Below are positions 39,803-51,162 of a DNA stretch of 64,000 nucleotides, piece by piece. Numbering within the stretch: position 1 is the first letter of the stretch; each line of letters opens with the position of its first letter. A model generated the notes under the pieces. It was not told where the DNA came from, ran no database searches, and was given only the letters and a program-made list of their open reading frames with translations. A program made the translations under genes and the position numbers. The stretch lies in the NCBI GenBank assembly GCA_963775685.1, contig CAVZJV010000014.1:608001-672000 (forward strand), read 5' to 3'. The stretch is from Candidatus Bathyarchaeota archaeon (lineage in GTDB: Archaea > Thermoproteota > Bathyarchaeia > Bathyarchaeales > Bathycorpusculaceae).

Positions 39803-40865
39803 ATACGCAAGCCAAAATCAAGAAAATATTAGACGCAAGCGTTCGAGTAATAAGAGATTGCTGCTTGGAAAATGGAGCTATTGTTGCTGCAAATTGCTCC
39901 AAGGATTATTTTCCAAAGGAAGCTAAATATTATACGTATGTTTGGCCTAGAGATGCTTCTTTTACTTGTGTTGCCTCTGATATTCTTGGAATTGAAAATC
40001 AAGAGAGATTTTTTGATTGGTGCATAAGAAGGGCTGAGGGCTTTCAGAATAGTGGATTGTTTTTTGAGAAATATTACACTAATGGATTAAAAGCGCGTTT
40101 TAGATTTCAACCAGATCAAACTGGGTCCGTTCTTTGGGCAGTCTGGCATCATTTCAGAGATGATCTGAAGAAAGCTCTTCGTTACAAGAACTTGGTTGAA
40201 AAGGCTGCTAACGGTATATGTGACAAATGGAAAGGTGATCATTTTGCCGTCATCACAAGTGACTTGTGGGAGGAAAGGTCGACATTCCCTGATTTGAAGG
40301 AAAACTGGACTTATTCCTAGCTGCTTGCATCAAGGGGTTAGAATGTGCTAACGATATAGCGCCTAATGAGAGATGGATTGAAGTTGCTAACTTAATGCGG
40401 AAAAGGCTCGAAAATCATTGTCTATCTTACTATTTTAGGAGTTACGGTGACCTTAGCGATAAGAGAGTTGATGCTTCCCTTTTGGGTTTAGTTTACCCTT
40501 TTGAAATCTTTTCCCCAAATAATCCCAAAATCGTTGCAACCATCAAAGAGCTTGAGACTAAGTTGGTGGTTGATGGTGGCCTTCACCGGTATGAGCAAGA
40601 CGAATACGATGGTTGGATGTATGAAGAGCAGCATAGAATGAAAGGTTCTGGAGCATGGCCTTTACTCAACTTTTGGCTAAGCATTTACAACGCAAAGGCA
40701 GGTAACAAAGAAAAGGCCCTTCAGTACTATAACTGGGTCCTGGATAAAGTTGATAGCTTTATCCCTGAGCAAATATTTGATAACGATATTCAAATTTCAG
40801 TTAGTCCACTTTGCTGGAGTCACTCAATGTTCGTTTTAGCTAGCAAAGAATTGAATTATATTTAA
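39803..40865 (+). pseudogene. GH15 glucoamylase-like glycoside hydrolase, frameshifted (possibly a sequencing error)
   Basis: NGAIVAA, YVWPRDA, QPDQTG, DLWEE, VDASLLGL, GGLHRYEQDEY, PEQI, PLCWSH; frameshift near 40318. Confidence 0.8.
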
Positions 40866-41207
40866 GTTTCTTGGTGTTGGTTATCAAAGACTACTGACAA
40901 TTTTTAGGTTCAAGTTTATGAATTATGTGTTTGAACCAAGCATAGATGTATACTACTCCTAAAACACCAAAACCAAATAGTGACACATAGAATAACCATC
41001 AAGCACTTGGAAAAAAAGAGATTACTTCATTTCTAGTTATTGCCATTAGGACAATTTAAAAAAAATGGAGACTTCATTGAAGCAGATTGCTGGACAGAGT
41101 CTCCGACAAACGTTGTTGCGAATTAACCAAATATAACCAAAATCAATCAAGAGATAACTGAATTTTGGCGTTTTTACGTTCCTTTTTTTAAGAGAAAATA
41201 AGAATTG

Positions 41208-41229
41208 ATTTTGTCGTCAGTGTACACTT
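41208..41229 (+). promoter_or_regulatory. Conserved upstream motif of P2
   Basis: ATTTTGTCGTCAGTGTACACTT, containing the palindrome AGTGTACACT. Confidence 0.6.
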
Positions 41230-41328
41230 GCCAATCTATATTATTAATCAAAAAGCTATAGACGATATTGAGCACTAAGTAAATCAATCGTTTACTTTTT
41301 GCTTAACCAAATTTGGAGAAAAGGAAAA

Positions 41329-43737
41329 ATGCAAAAAAAAGTAGCTACTATTGTATTAATAATACTATTAAGTATAACAGCTATCCCCTTGCTATCAACA
41401 ACTAAGGCTGCGACAACCTACAACTACCAAACCTTTGCTTATCTCTCTATTCGACCAAACCCTATAGGAGTCAACCAAGCTTTACTGATTAACTTTTGGA
41501 TAACACCGCCCATGCCTCAACCCGGCATTCTAGCACATGGTTACACAGTTGAAATCACACGTCCTGACGGAACCAAAGAAACTCTCGGACCATTTACTAG
41601 CATAAAGCAGACACCTCGATGTGGACCGAGTGGATACCAAAGACAGTTGGGACATATCAATTGAAAGTCATTTATCCAGGAGAAACAGTTCCCTCAGGAA
41701 CACCATATCAGAGCACCGTAATGACATCTACATTTTCAAGCAAGACAGTGGACACTTACGTTTTCGCTCCTGCTGAAAGTCCAGTAACAGAACTCATTGT
41801 ACAGGAAGAACCTATTCCTGGCTACCAACCAACTCCACTTCCAACAGAATATTGGGCACGCCCAGTATCAATCGAAAACAAAGAATGGGCCTCACTTATG
41901 GGTAACTGGGTAATGAGCAGTAACAGCCCTAATAGCGCATACTATCAGCCATATGGGGGAGGACCAGAATCGGCACACATTCTTTGGGTTAAAACCACTG
42001 GCAAAGGCGGTATAGTCGGCGACGTTTATGGAGATAGCGTATACAGCGGCGACCCACTAGGAACACGCGTTTACAGTATATGCAACTCGCTATTGCCGGA
42101 ATGGGGTACTACAGCGCACCCGATGGAGTACATTGTGTAAACTTGCGTACTGGAGAAGAGTTATGGGTTCAAAAAGGCATAACTCTGTCCCTTGCAATCG
42201 CTGAAAACTATCTTGTACGCGCTCAAGGTCCACCAGTCGATTCCTACAACGCATACTTGATGCAACTAGGTTCATATCTTTACAAATGGGATGCATACAC
42301 TGGTGAATTAATCGTCAACGTAACCGGCATGTCAGGAACCTACGACCCAACCCCCTACGACGCGGGCGACTGGGGTGTGCAAACATACGTTTACAGCACA
42401 CAGACACTTGGCGGTCAAAGATACCTAATTAAATGGACTCCGCAAGGCAATAGTAATAACTTCACCAGCAGAACCGTATACAATGTCACCTATCCGCTTG
42501 CTGGCATAACTGGAATATCGGGAAATTATGGCTTCTACTATGGCGTAACACCTAACACTGTTAACCCCTCAGGAGCGTTTGATATTAAAACAGGACAGAT
42601 AGTATGGATGAAAAACTACACTATCAACGAAGCACAGTTCTCAAGCGCTGGAACTCTAACTGAAGAGGGAATTTACGTCTATCCGAAATATTATGGTGAC
42701 CCCAATCAGCAGGGATTAAGACCACTGATGGCTATTGACATATCAAACGGGAACATTCTGTACGATTCCACTGTAACTACCTATCCTTGGGGAAGCTTTT
42801 GGAGCTACTCTAAAGCAGCAGCTTACGGTATGGTCTATTACCCAACCTACACAGGACATGTCTGGGCATTTGACGCAGCAACAGGTCAAGTTGTCTGGAA
42901 AGGCGGGTACAATCCAGTGGGCTATGAAACGCCCTATGGCTACCAACCTTTCTTTTCCTCGATTGCAGTTGCGGGCGAAAAAGTCTATGCTGGAAACGAC
43001 GAGCACAGTGAACAATCACCATATTATCAAGGAAAAGGAATGTGGTGTCTCGATGCTTACACGGGAGAAACAATATGGAACATAAGTTTCTGGTCACCGG
43101 GCTTTAACATGCAAGGACTCTTAGCCGACGGATTACTTGTGGCCACCAACTTCTATGACGGTCGCCAGTACGCCTTCGGTAAAGGCAAAGCGCAACTACA
43201 ATTGTAGCATCACCTGAAGTTACTATTCACGGATCTAGCGTACTGATAACGGGTACTGTAAATGATGTTTCCCCAAGCGCTAAAGATGACCGAGCAGTAG
43301 CATTGTATCCAAACGGTGTTCCATGTGTTTCTGAAGAGAGCCAAAGCGCATTCATGGAATATGTCTACATGCAAAAAGCAAAGCCAATGAACACAACCGG
43401 TGTTTCCGTAACATTAAGCGTTCTTGACTCCAATGGCAATTACAGAGACATAGGCACTGTAAACACTAACGCCGACGGGTACTACAGCTCAAACTGGACC
43501 CCTGACATCGATGGAACATACACTGTCTATGCTTCGTTTGCTGGCAGCACTTCCTATTGGCCATCTCATGCAATCGCAGCCTTCGCCGTTGACCCAACAT
43601 CGCAAACCCCAACACCAACAGCAGTTCCAGTTCAATCAATGGTGGATCAGTACTTCTTAACGGCTGTCATAGGCTTAGCGCTCGTAATCATCGCATGCTT
43701 TGCAGTAACGATTCTAATCCTTAGAAAACGACCCTAA
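41329..43737 (+). pseudogene. PQQ-like beta-propeller surface protein P2, about three frameshifts
   Basis: ORFs 41299-41664, 41619-42140, 42080-43207 and 43303-43737 join into one P1-like protein ending LRKRP. Confidence 0.85.
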
Positions 43738-44164
43738 AATCTAACTTCCTCTTTTTCTTTTTTGAAAAAGCTATTAGCTTAATCAAACATAATTGCGATT
43801 GTTGTCTTGTTCTGTGTTGTCTTAAAATAGCTTACTCTCTGAACTACCGGTTGTAATTTTTAATTTTAAGATAAGCGGTTAAAGGTGATTACTTTTGAAA
43901 ACAAGGATTGATATACTCCGAAAAAAGTACATTTTGGTTTCAATTCTTTTTTTCAAATATTTTAGGCTGAACTAATTCAAATTTAGCTATGTTCTTTAAC
44001 GCTCATTGACCGCCATTAATTTTTTATTGATAAAAAACTTACAATAATATTATAAACTAAACCAGTAATAAAATCTAATTGAATTGGGCAAGGGCATAAG
44101 TACGTAATTATTTAATGATTATGTTTTTTGTTCAATTTAAAAACAAAAAAAAGGAAAAGAAAAA

Positions 44165-46651
44165 ATGCTGAATTTAAAAAGTAAAACTATGGCTATTTTG
44201 ATTGCTATAATTCTAATGATAACCACCTTCTCTGTTTCAATTATGGCGGATGTACCTGTTGCAAATGCCCTAACTCATACTGAGTCCGATACAAATGCCT
44301 TCATAACTGTCAGTCCTAACCCCATCGGGGTTGGTCAGACAATGTTCATAATGTACTGGCTAATCCAGGCTAATCCGCTGTCAGCAGATAACTTGGAAAC
44401 TGTCTGGAAGGATTACACCTTGTTAATCACAAAACCCGATGGAACAACTGAAACTATAATAAAGAACGCCAATGCAGCGGCAGGCCAAGCTACAACATAC
44501 GTTCCTGACAAAATCGGCACCTACACTTTCAAATTTACTTTCCCTGGCCAGCAAGTAAATAGCTCAACAATTGATAATTATTATAGAAGCAGTAATGCCA
44601 CAACCACATGTACAGTGCAAGAAGAACCGATCGCTTCACTACCTCAAAACCCGCTTCCAAACGATTATTGGCAGCGCCCGGTAAACTGGGAAAACCAAGC
44701 ATGGAACTCAATCACAGGAAACTGGTTCGGTGACATCCATCTTTGGGAGAATTGGCAAGCACATGGAAAAACTCAAGGCCTCAATCCCGACACCGTGTCT
44801 CCTCAAAGTGCTCACGTACTATGGACGTTACCCATAGCTGACGGAGGACAAATCGGAGGATCAATGTATAGCGACAACGACAAAAGCAACTATTTCGTTG
44901 GCAAATCATACAAAGAGTATTGGACTCCACCGGTTATCATCAACGGAGTAATGTATTACAATAGTCCTCTTGGTATACCACCGCGCACAGGAGTTACCGC
45001 TGTAGACTTACGTACTGGAAAAGAAATATGGCATAACGAAGCAATTCCATCAATTTCATTTGGCACAGTCTACTCCGAGCATAACCCAAACGAAGTAGGA
45101 GGCTGGCCATACCTATGGTCAACAGGCGCGAACTATACAATGTATGATGCAAACACAGGAAGAAAAATTCTTGACGTCACCGGCATGTCAGGCACTCCAA
45201 TCATAGATGCAACAGGACAGTTACTTGTTTACAGATTGCAAGCAATTAACGTAACTCACGGGTTCTTATCTATGTGGAATGCAAGCAGAGGTACAGGAAG
45301 CACCGGAAATTCTCCTTGGGATAGTTGGAGCTATGATACACCTGCAGGAGGCGTCCTTACCTATGCAAAAGGAATTCAATGGAACGTTACAGTACCAATA
45401 TTTCCGCAGACCGGAAAAACAGTTGCTATCTGGGGCATAAATGACGGTGTAGTACTAGTAACTGGAGAGCAAGCAATCCAAGACTATCAAACAGAGGCAG
45501 GCTATAGCGCGTTAACAGGTGAACTTCTATGGAATACAAACCGATCGATAGGAATGCTCCATGAAACTTCCGCCCTTGTACCAGGACCCATTGCAAACGG
45601 AATCTATACAGAACACAACAAAGAAGTTGGCACCTATTGGGCTTTTGATATACATACAGGTAAACAACTTTGGGTAAGTGAACCAGATCCCAATGCTTGG
45701 AACATTTTTACCAGACAGGGAATTGGTGATGGTAACGTCTTTATGATGGCAGGAGTGGCTTCAGGAAGAGCATACAATGCCAGCACAGGTGCACTTGAGT
45801 GGGAGTTTTTTGCTCCACAAGCAGGGTTGGAAGCTGTCACGCCAACTTATCCTTTCGAAGGAATGTATAACTGTTTGGTCGGCGGCGGAATGACCTTCTT
45901 AGCGGTAACTGACAGCCACGGCGATCAGCTATTCAGAGGGGCAAAAATGTACGCTATCAACATGACAACCGGAGCGGAAGAATGGAGCATCGACGGATTC
46001 TACGGTGAAGCGCACGGAGGAGGACACGCAATGGCAGACGGGTACCTCGTAGCACACAACATGTATGACAATCAAGTCTATATCATCGGTAAAGGTCAAT
46101 CAGCGACTACAATCACTGCACCAACGATTGGTTCAACGCTTGGTTCTACCGTACTGTTACAGGGCACAGTTACAGATCAATCGCCAGGTCAAACATGCTT
46201 AGGAATACCCGCTGCAGGTACACCAGCAATCTCTGATGCAAGCATGAGTGAGTGGACTTCTTACCTCTATATGCAGAAGCAAAAACCCACAAACGCAACG
46301 GGGGTTCCAGTATCAATAGATGCAATCGATCCAAATGGCAACTTAATACACCTTGGCGATGTTACAAGCGATGCAAGCGGTCAATATAGTCTCGCATTAA
46401 ATACTAACACGCTTGCTGCAGGTGCAGGTACATACAAAGTTATCGTAAGCTTCGCAGGCTCCAAATCTTATTTCAGTTCATCCGCACAAACCTCTCTCTG
46501 CGTTACAGAAGCAGCGCCAACAACCGCTTCAGCACCTGTTGCAGCAGTATCCATGGCTGACCAATATTTCATCCCTGCAGTTGCGACAATCATCCTTGCA
46601 ATCGCTATAGGTTTCGCAGTAACAATACTAGTCCTTAGGAAGCGACCATAA
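44165..46651 (+). CDS. PQQ-like beta-propeller surface protein P3 (intact)
   Basis: Signal peptide, PNPIGVGQ, PNDYWQRP, propeller repeats, YMQKQKPTNATGVPV, TM anchor LRKRP. Confidence 0.9.
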   Translation: MLNLKSKTMAILIAIILMITTFSVSIMADVPVANALTHTESDTNAFITVSPNPIGVGQTMFIMYWLIQANPLSADNLETVWKDYTLLITKPDGTTETIIKNANAAAGQATTYVPDKIGTYTFKFTFPGQQVNSSTIDNYYRSSNATTTCTVQEEPIASLPQNPLPNDYWQRPVNWENQAWNSITGNWFGDIHLWENWQAHGKTQGLNPDTVSPQSAHVLWTLPIADGGQIGGSMYSDNDKSNYFVGKSYKEYWTPPVIINGVMYYNSPLGIPPRTGVTAVDLRTGKEIWHNEAIPSISFGTVYSEHNPNEVGGWPYLWSTGANYTMYDANTGRKILDVTGMSGTPIIDATGQLLVYRLQAINVTHGFLSMWNASRGTGSTGNSPWDSWSYDTPAGGVLTYAKGIQWNVTVPIFPQTGKTVAIWGINDGVVLVTGEQAIQDYQTEAGYSALTGELLWNTNRSIGMLHETSALVPGPIANGIYTEHNKEVGTYWAFDIHTGKQLWVSEPDPNAWNIFTRQGIGDGNVFMMAGVASGRAYNASTGALEWEFFAPQAGLEAVTPTYPFEGMYNCLVGGGMTFLAVTDSHGDQLFRGAKMYAINMTTGAEEWSIDGFYGEAHGGGHAMADGYLVAHNMYDNQVYIIGKGQSATTITAPTIGSTLGSTVLLQGTVTDQSPGQTCLGIPAAGTPAISDASMSEWTSYLYMQKQKPTNATGVPVSIDAIDPNGNLIHLGDVTSDASGQYSLALNTNTLAAGAGTYKVIVSFAGSKSYFSSSAQTSLCVTEAAPTTASAPVAAVSMADQYFIPAVATIILAIAIGFAVTILVLRKRP

Positions 46652-46820
46652 ATAAAGAAAAACATACAAACAATCATTTCCTCTTTTTTTAGTTCTAGTC
46701 GAATAATAAATCGTTTTACTAAGCGGGCGATAACTAATCTGAGGCGTATGTTTTCCTTTTCATTCTCTTTTTGGCAATAGCTTTTGCTCTACCAAGAATT
46801 CCCCTAATCTCTTCAATTTG

Positions 46821-47112
46821 TTAATCACTTATTTCGCCCAATTCCACCGAATCAGATATAGCTTTCAATTCAAGTCCCGACGGAATCAAGCTTCCTTGCT
46901 TTACGTAAGTTTCAGCAGGCTCAAGCTCTTTGTGCAAGATTCTCTTAATTCTGCCAGAGAAAACCATTTCATCAATAAGCTTCACCATGCCATCTTCAGG
47001 AACGTCCAGTCTTTGCACACCATAGTTGATTAGATCGGTTTTCTTTGTGTTCCCAAAAGTGCACAGATAGGAAATGATTTTCTGCTCCAAACTCGAAAAC
47101 GATTTTTCCATT
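46821..47112 (-). CDS. Small winged-helix-like hypothetical protein
   Basis: MEKSFSSLEQKIISYLCTFGNTKKTDLINYG...LIDEMVFSGRIKR. Confidence 0.5.
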
Positions 47113-47501
47113 TTAGCGCCCATTTTTCGTTTATCTATAAGCAAATTTAAGTCTTCATAACATGAAAATTGATTTCTTCTCTGGTAGCGAGTCAACAAAT
47201 AATATTAAAACTCCTTGGAAGTTTAACGTCACCAATCTTGCTGGTTCACACATAGTTTTCTAGAAACAAATTCACTATCCGCCCTTGATTTTGATTTAGA
47301 AAATTTTTCTCATTTTGCGTGCCACTTCTTTCTCGATTTTCACATTTGACACACTATTCGGCGGAACATACCCCGAGTGGTGATGTCTCCCGCGCAACTC
47401 TTCCCTTTTTTTCTTAAGCATTTATTTTTGCCATAAGAAAGAGGTAGCCTAACTTCCACAAAAAAATTTTGAATTTAGGAAGTTAGTATCGTAGTCCATC
47501 T

Positions 47502-47625
47502 TGGGGGCTCGTTGTCTAATTACGGACACAACTTTTGATGGATATATCACCCGCAAGACCCTATTTGTATGTACGGGTTGCATTTGCTCTTTTCTACTAT
47601 TTCGGTTCTAGAGCCCCAGCAAACC
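47502..47625 (+). repeat. Structured repeat element, copy C (upstream of P4)
   Basis: TGGGGGCTC...GGTTGCATTTGCTCTTTTCT...TAGAGCCCCAGCAAACC. Confidence 0.75.
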
Positions 47626-47667
47626 AACCTGGCACTTTCTATTCAATTCTTAGCATATAAAGAAGTG

Positions 47668-47708
47668 ATTTGTCAGAAGGAGCACTTGTTACAACATTTC
47701 TTAAACAA
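47668..47708 (+). promoter_or_regulatory. Conserved promoter block of P4 (near-identical to that of P5)
   Basis: ATTTGTCAGAAGGAGCACTTGTTACAACATTTCTTAAACAA. Confidence 0.7.
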
Positions 47709-47755
47709 ACCGAGAAGCAATATAGTAATTACTGAATAAAGGAGAAAACAAAAAA

Positions 47756-50384
47756 TTGCTAAATCTAAAAAACAAAAGCTTAGCTATTTTGATTGCAACA
47801 CTCTTAACAATTTCTATGGGAACTTCAATGCTTATATTACCAAATGCTAACGCACATACGCCTCCATATGAAATTCCAACATATGCCTACATCAGTGTTC
47901 AACCTAACCCCAGTTGGAGCAGGTCAGCAAGTATCCCTTAACTTCTGGATTGACAAAGTACCACCCACCGCAAACCAAGCGTGGGGAGATAGATGGGGAA
48001 ATTTCACAGTGAAAGTTACCCATCCTGATGGAACAATAGAAAATCTAGGACCTTTCACAGCTGATGCCGCTGGAGGAGCACACGCATGGTACACGCCCAG
48101 CACCGTAGGCAACTACACATTTATTTTCACTTTTGGAGGGCAAACATTGGCAGGCAACAATCTATGTCCAGGGTTCACTGCTGCTTCATATCCGAACATT
48201 GGCGATCATTATGCATCAAGCACTAGCGTACCTTATGTCTTGAACGTAGGGCAAGAGCCAACACCAATTCTACCTAACAATCCGCTTCCAACAAGCTACT
48301 GGCAACGCCCCATATTCTCAAACAACTTAGCTTGGTACCAGGTCAGCGGAAACTGGCTTGGTGGCGGCACCGGAGGAAATTCGGGATGTCAATACAATTC
48401 TACCTCAAACTATGTTCCATATTCTACAGCGCCAAATACAGCCCACATAGTTTGGACAAGGGAATACGCGCCTGGGAGGGCTCATCGGCGGCGAATTCGG
48501 CGGCAACATGGTTGACAGCATGATGATGTCAACTTCACAGTACGAGTGCAAGTTTGCGGGAGTAGTCATCAAACGGAGTACTTTACCGTACTTTGGAGCC
48601 GGGTAGTTTGAGAAACTATATGGGCTGGGAAGCAATAAACTTGCGAACTGGAGAACAAATATGGTGGCAGAATCAGTCATACACTAAATGGCTAAGGATG
48701 GGTCAAATCTTTGACTATGTGTCACCCAACCAATATGGCGGACTAGCCGACTTGTGGAGCGTTGAGGACACTGTAGCGCCAAACACTGGTCAAACATGGG
48801 GCATGTATGATGCAATGACCGGCGGCTGGATATTATCTATAGTCAATGCCACAAACCCAACCTGGGCATATGGAGAACGCGGTGAGCTACTAGGCTACTA
48901 CATCAATTCAGCCACAAAAACACTGAATATGTGGAACTCAACCAGATGCCTATTATTAGGACAAAATCCAATGCAAGTTGCCGTTTCAACTGAAGACAAC
49001 TGGCAATGGAGACCAAAAGCAGGTGCAGAAATCGACTTCAAAGTCGGAATACAATGGGCAAAACCCTTGGCAACAACCATGGTAGCCGACAACGGAACAA
49101 CAGTAGATATTTAAGATTGATGCCTGAAAAATCCGGAACTACAGCTTACCCTATGGCAATAACCAAAGTCAATAGCGTAGTAATGGTAGGTAACAGCGGA
49201 GCCGGAGGCAGATTCCAGCAACCAAGGTTCATAGTGAATGAAGCCTATGACCCGATAACAGGCGATTTGAAATGGGGTCCGACAACAATAGAATTAGATC
49301 CATGGTCTAGGATGTCAATGAGTTCTTATGGACAGGGCGTCTTCACTATATTTACTTATGAAACTCAGACAATCAGCGCCTACAGCCAAGCGACAGGACA
49401 GAAGCTATGGGGACCCGTACAGCTAACAACGCCTAATAATCCATGGGGATACTACCTTACGCAATCGATTATTGGTTATGACAAACTCTTTGTGACTGAC
49501 TTCGGAGGAAATGTCCATTGTCTCGAACTTGAAACTAGAAAATTTCTATGGAAGACCAACACTAATGATGTTGCACAAAGAGGTCCAGCAGGAGCAAATA
49601 CTCCTTATGGTATATGGACTATCGCCAACATTCTCTGCTTAGCCGACGGAAAACTTTTCACCATGGGCGGCCACCATACAGTCCACCACTTTTCAACGGC
49701 GGCGAATTAATCGCGTGGAACGCAACTACTGGAGAAAAGGTATCGAGTGATTTGCTTTTGCCATCACAAACAGCGCTAACGGTGTACTATCAGACGGCTA
49801 TCTAGTATACCAAACGCTTATGACAACCGACTTTACTGCTACGCCAAAGGTCTATCAGCCACCACCGTCTCAGCACCAGATCAGCTATCCCAGAGCGATC
49901 TTCTGTGTTGATAAAAGGCACAGTAACCGATCAGTCTCCAGGACAAACTTGCCTAGGGAGTACCTGGAAAGGGAACACCAGCAATAGCCGACGAAAGCAT
50001 GACCGAATGGATGGAATACCTCTACCCAACAACCTATGCCAACAAACGCAACTGGAGTACCAGTTAACATCGATGCCATAGATGCCAACGGCAACTACCG
50101 AAACATCGGAACTGCAACAAGCGATACAACCGGAGCATTGAGTTTAGCTGGAAACCAGATATTCCAGGAAATACACAGTGATCGCCACTTTCCCAGGAAC
50201 AGAAGCGTACTATTCATCAGCTCAGGAAACAAGCTTTGTAGTCGACCCAGTGACGCAAACAGTATCACCGCAACCAGTAGCCAAGCACCAACTACTATGT
50301 ACATAATGGGTGCAGCAATTGCAATTATCGTTGCAATCGCCGTTGTTTCGTCATAACAATACTTGTTTTAGGAAGCGACCTTAA
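47756..50384 (+). pseudogene. PQQ-like beta-propeller surface protein P4, multiply frameshifted
   Basis: At least six overlapping ORF fragments with P1/P3 motifs, ending RKRP-stop at 50384. Confidence 0.85.
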
Positions 50385-50450
50385 AAATGTCATACAAAAA
50401 TCTATCTTTCCCCTTTTTTAGTCTTTTAAAAACATTGGAGAACAAGACGA

Positions 50451-50545
50451 GGGCTGAGAAGGCTCTGGAACAATTAACGAAATAGCCATAGTAAAAGAGC
50501 TTTTGCATTTGCTCTTTTCTTAAAAGCCGGAGTCACAGCAACCCC
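50451..50545 (+). repeat. Structured repeat element, copy D (downstream of P4)
   Basis: GGGCTGAGAAGGCTCTGG...AAAAGAGC-TTTTGCATTT-GCTCTTTT...CCGGAGTC-ACAGCAACC. Confidence 0.85.
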
Positions 50546-50927
50546 ATGATTCTTCAGCAAAAATGTTCCTTGAAACCGTTTTTTAAAGCATAAAAGTGTA
50601 CTGGTAGGATTTGAACCCAGGCGAAAGTGGAGATATCACCCGCAAAACCCCTTTTTTCTTTTCTATTTTGTTAGACGTATGCTTTTAAAATTTATTAACG
50701 AGCCATTTCTGCAAATTAATAAATTTTGAGCCAAGTGCGAGCTTTACTCTTTGGGTCCTTCTAAAATATCTGTTAATCGACCGCTTATCATTACCGATGG
50801 GTCAAAATTGAGTGATCGTTAGGTCGGTCTTTGTCAGTTGTACTTTATACAATATTCTGGATCTTAAGAACGATAAAAATCGTTGGAAAACAAACAAACA
50901 CACAAAAAAACCCACGAAGAAAAGATA

Positions 50928-51033
50928 GGGGCTGAATGGGCTCTGGGTTTAGTTCAAGATACCTATCCATAGTTTGTCGTGGAGAACGTTTGCATTTCGC
51001 TCTTCTCCAAAGACTCCAGAGCCTAAGCAAACC
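50928..51033 (+). repeat. Structured repeat element, copy E (upstream of P5)
   Basis: GGGGCTGAATGGGCTCTGG...GGAGAACG-TTTGCATTT-CGCTCTTCTCC...CCAGAGCCTAAGCAAACC. Confidence 0.85.
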
Positions 51034-51076
51034 AACCGATTTTTCTATCCAATTTTTTAGTATATAAGAAATGTTG

Positions 51077-51118
51077 ATTTTGTCAGAAGAAGTACTTGTT
51101 ACAACATTTCTTAAACAA
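51077..51118 (+). promoter_or_regulatory. Conserved promoter block of P5
   Basis: ATTTTGTCAGAAGAAGTACTTGTTACAACATTTCTTAAACAA. Confidence 0.7.
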
Positions 51119-51162
51119 ATCAAATCTAATATAGTAATTACAGATAAAAGGAAAGAACAAAA

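Noticed and set aside
47540-47562. Thermococcales TGM motif (TATCAC-N5-GTGATA) for the TrmB regulator
   Set aside because: Only the TATCAC half-site is present, here and at 50634.
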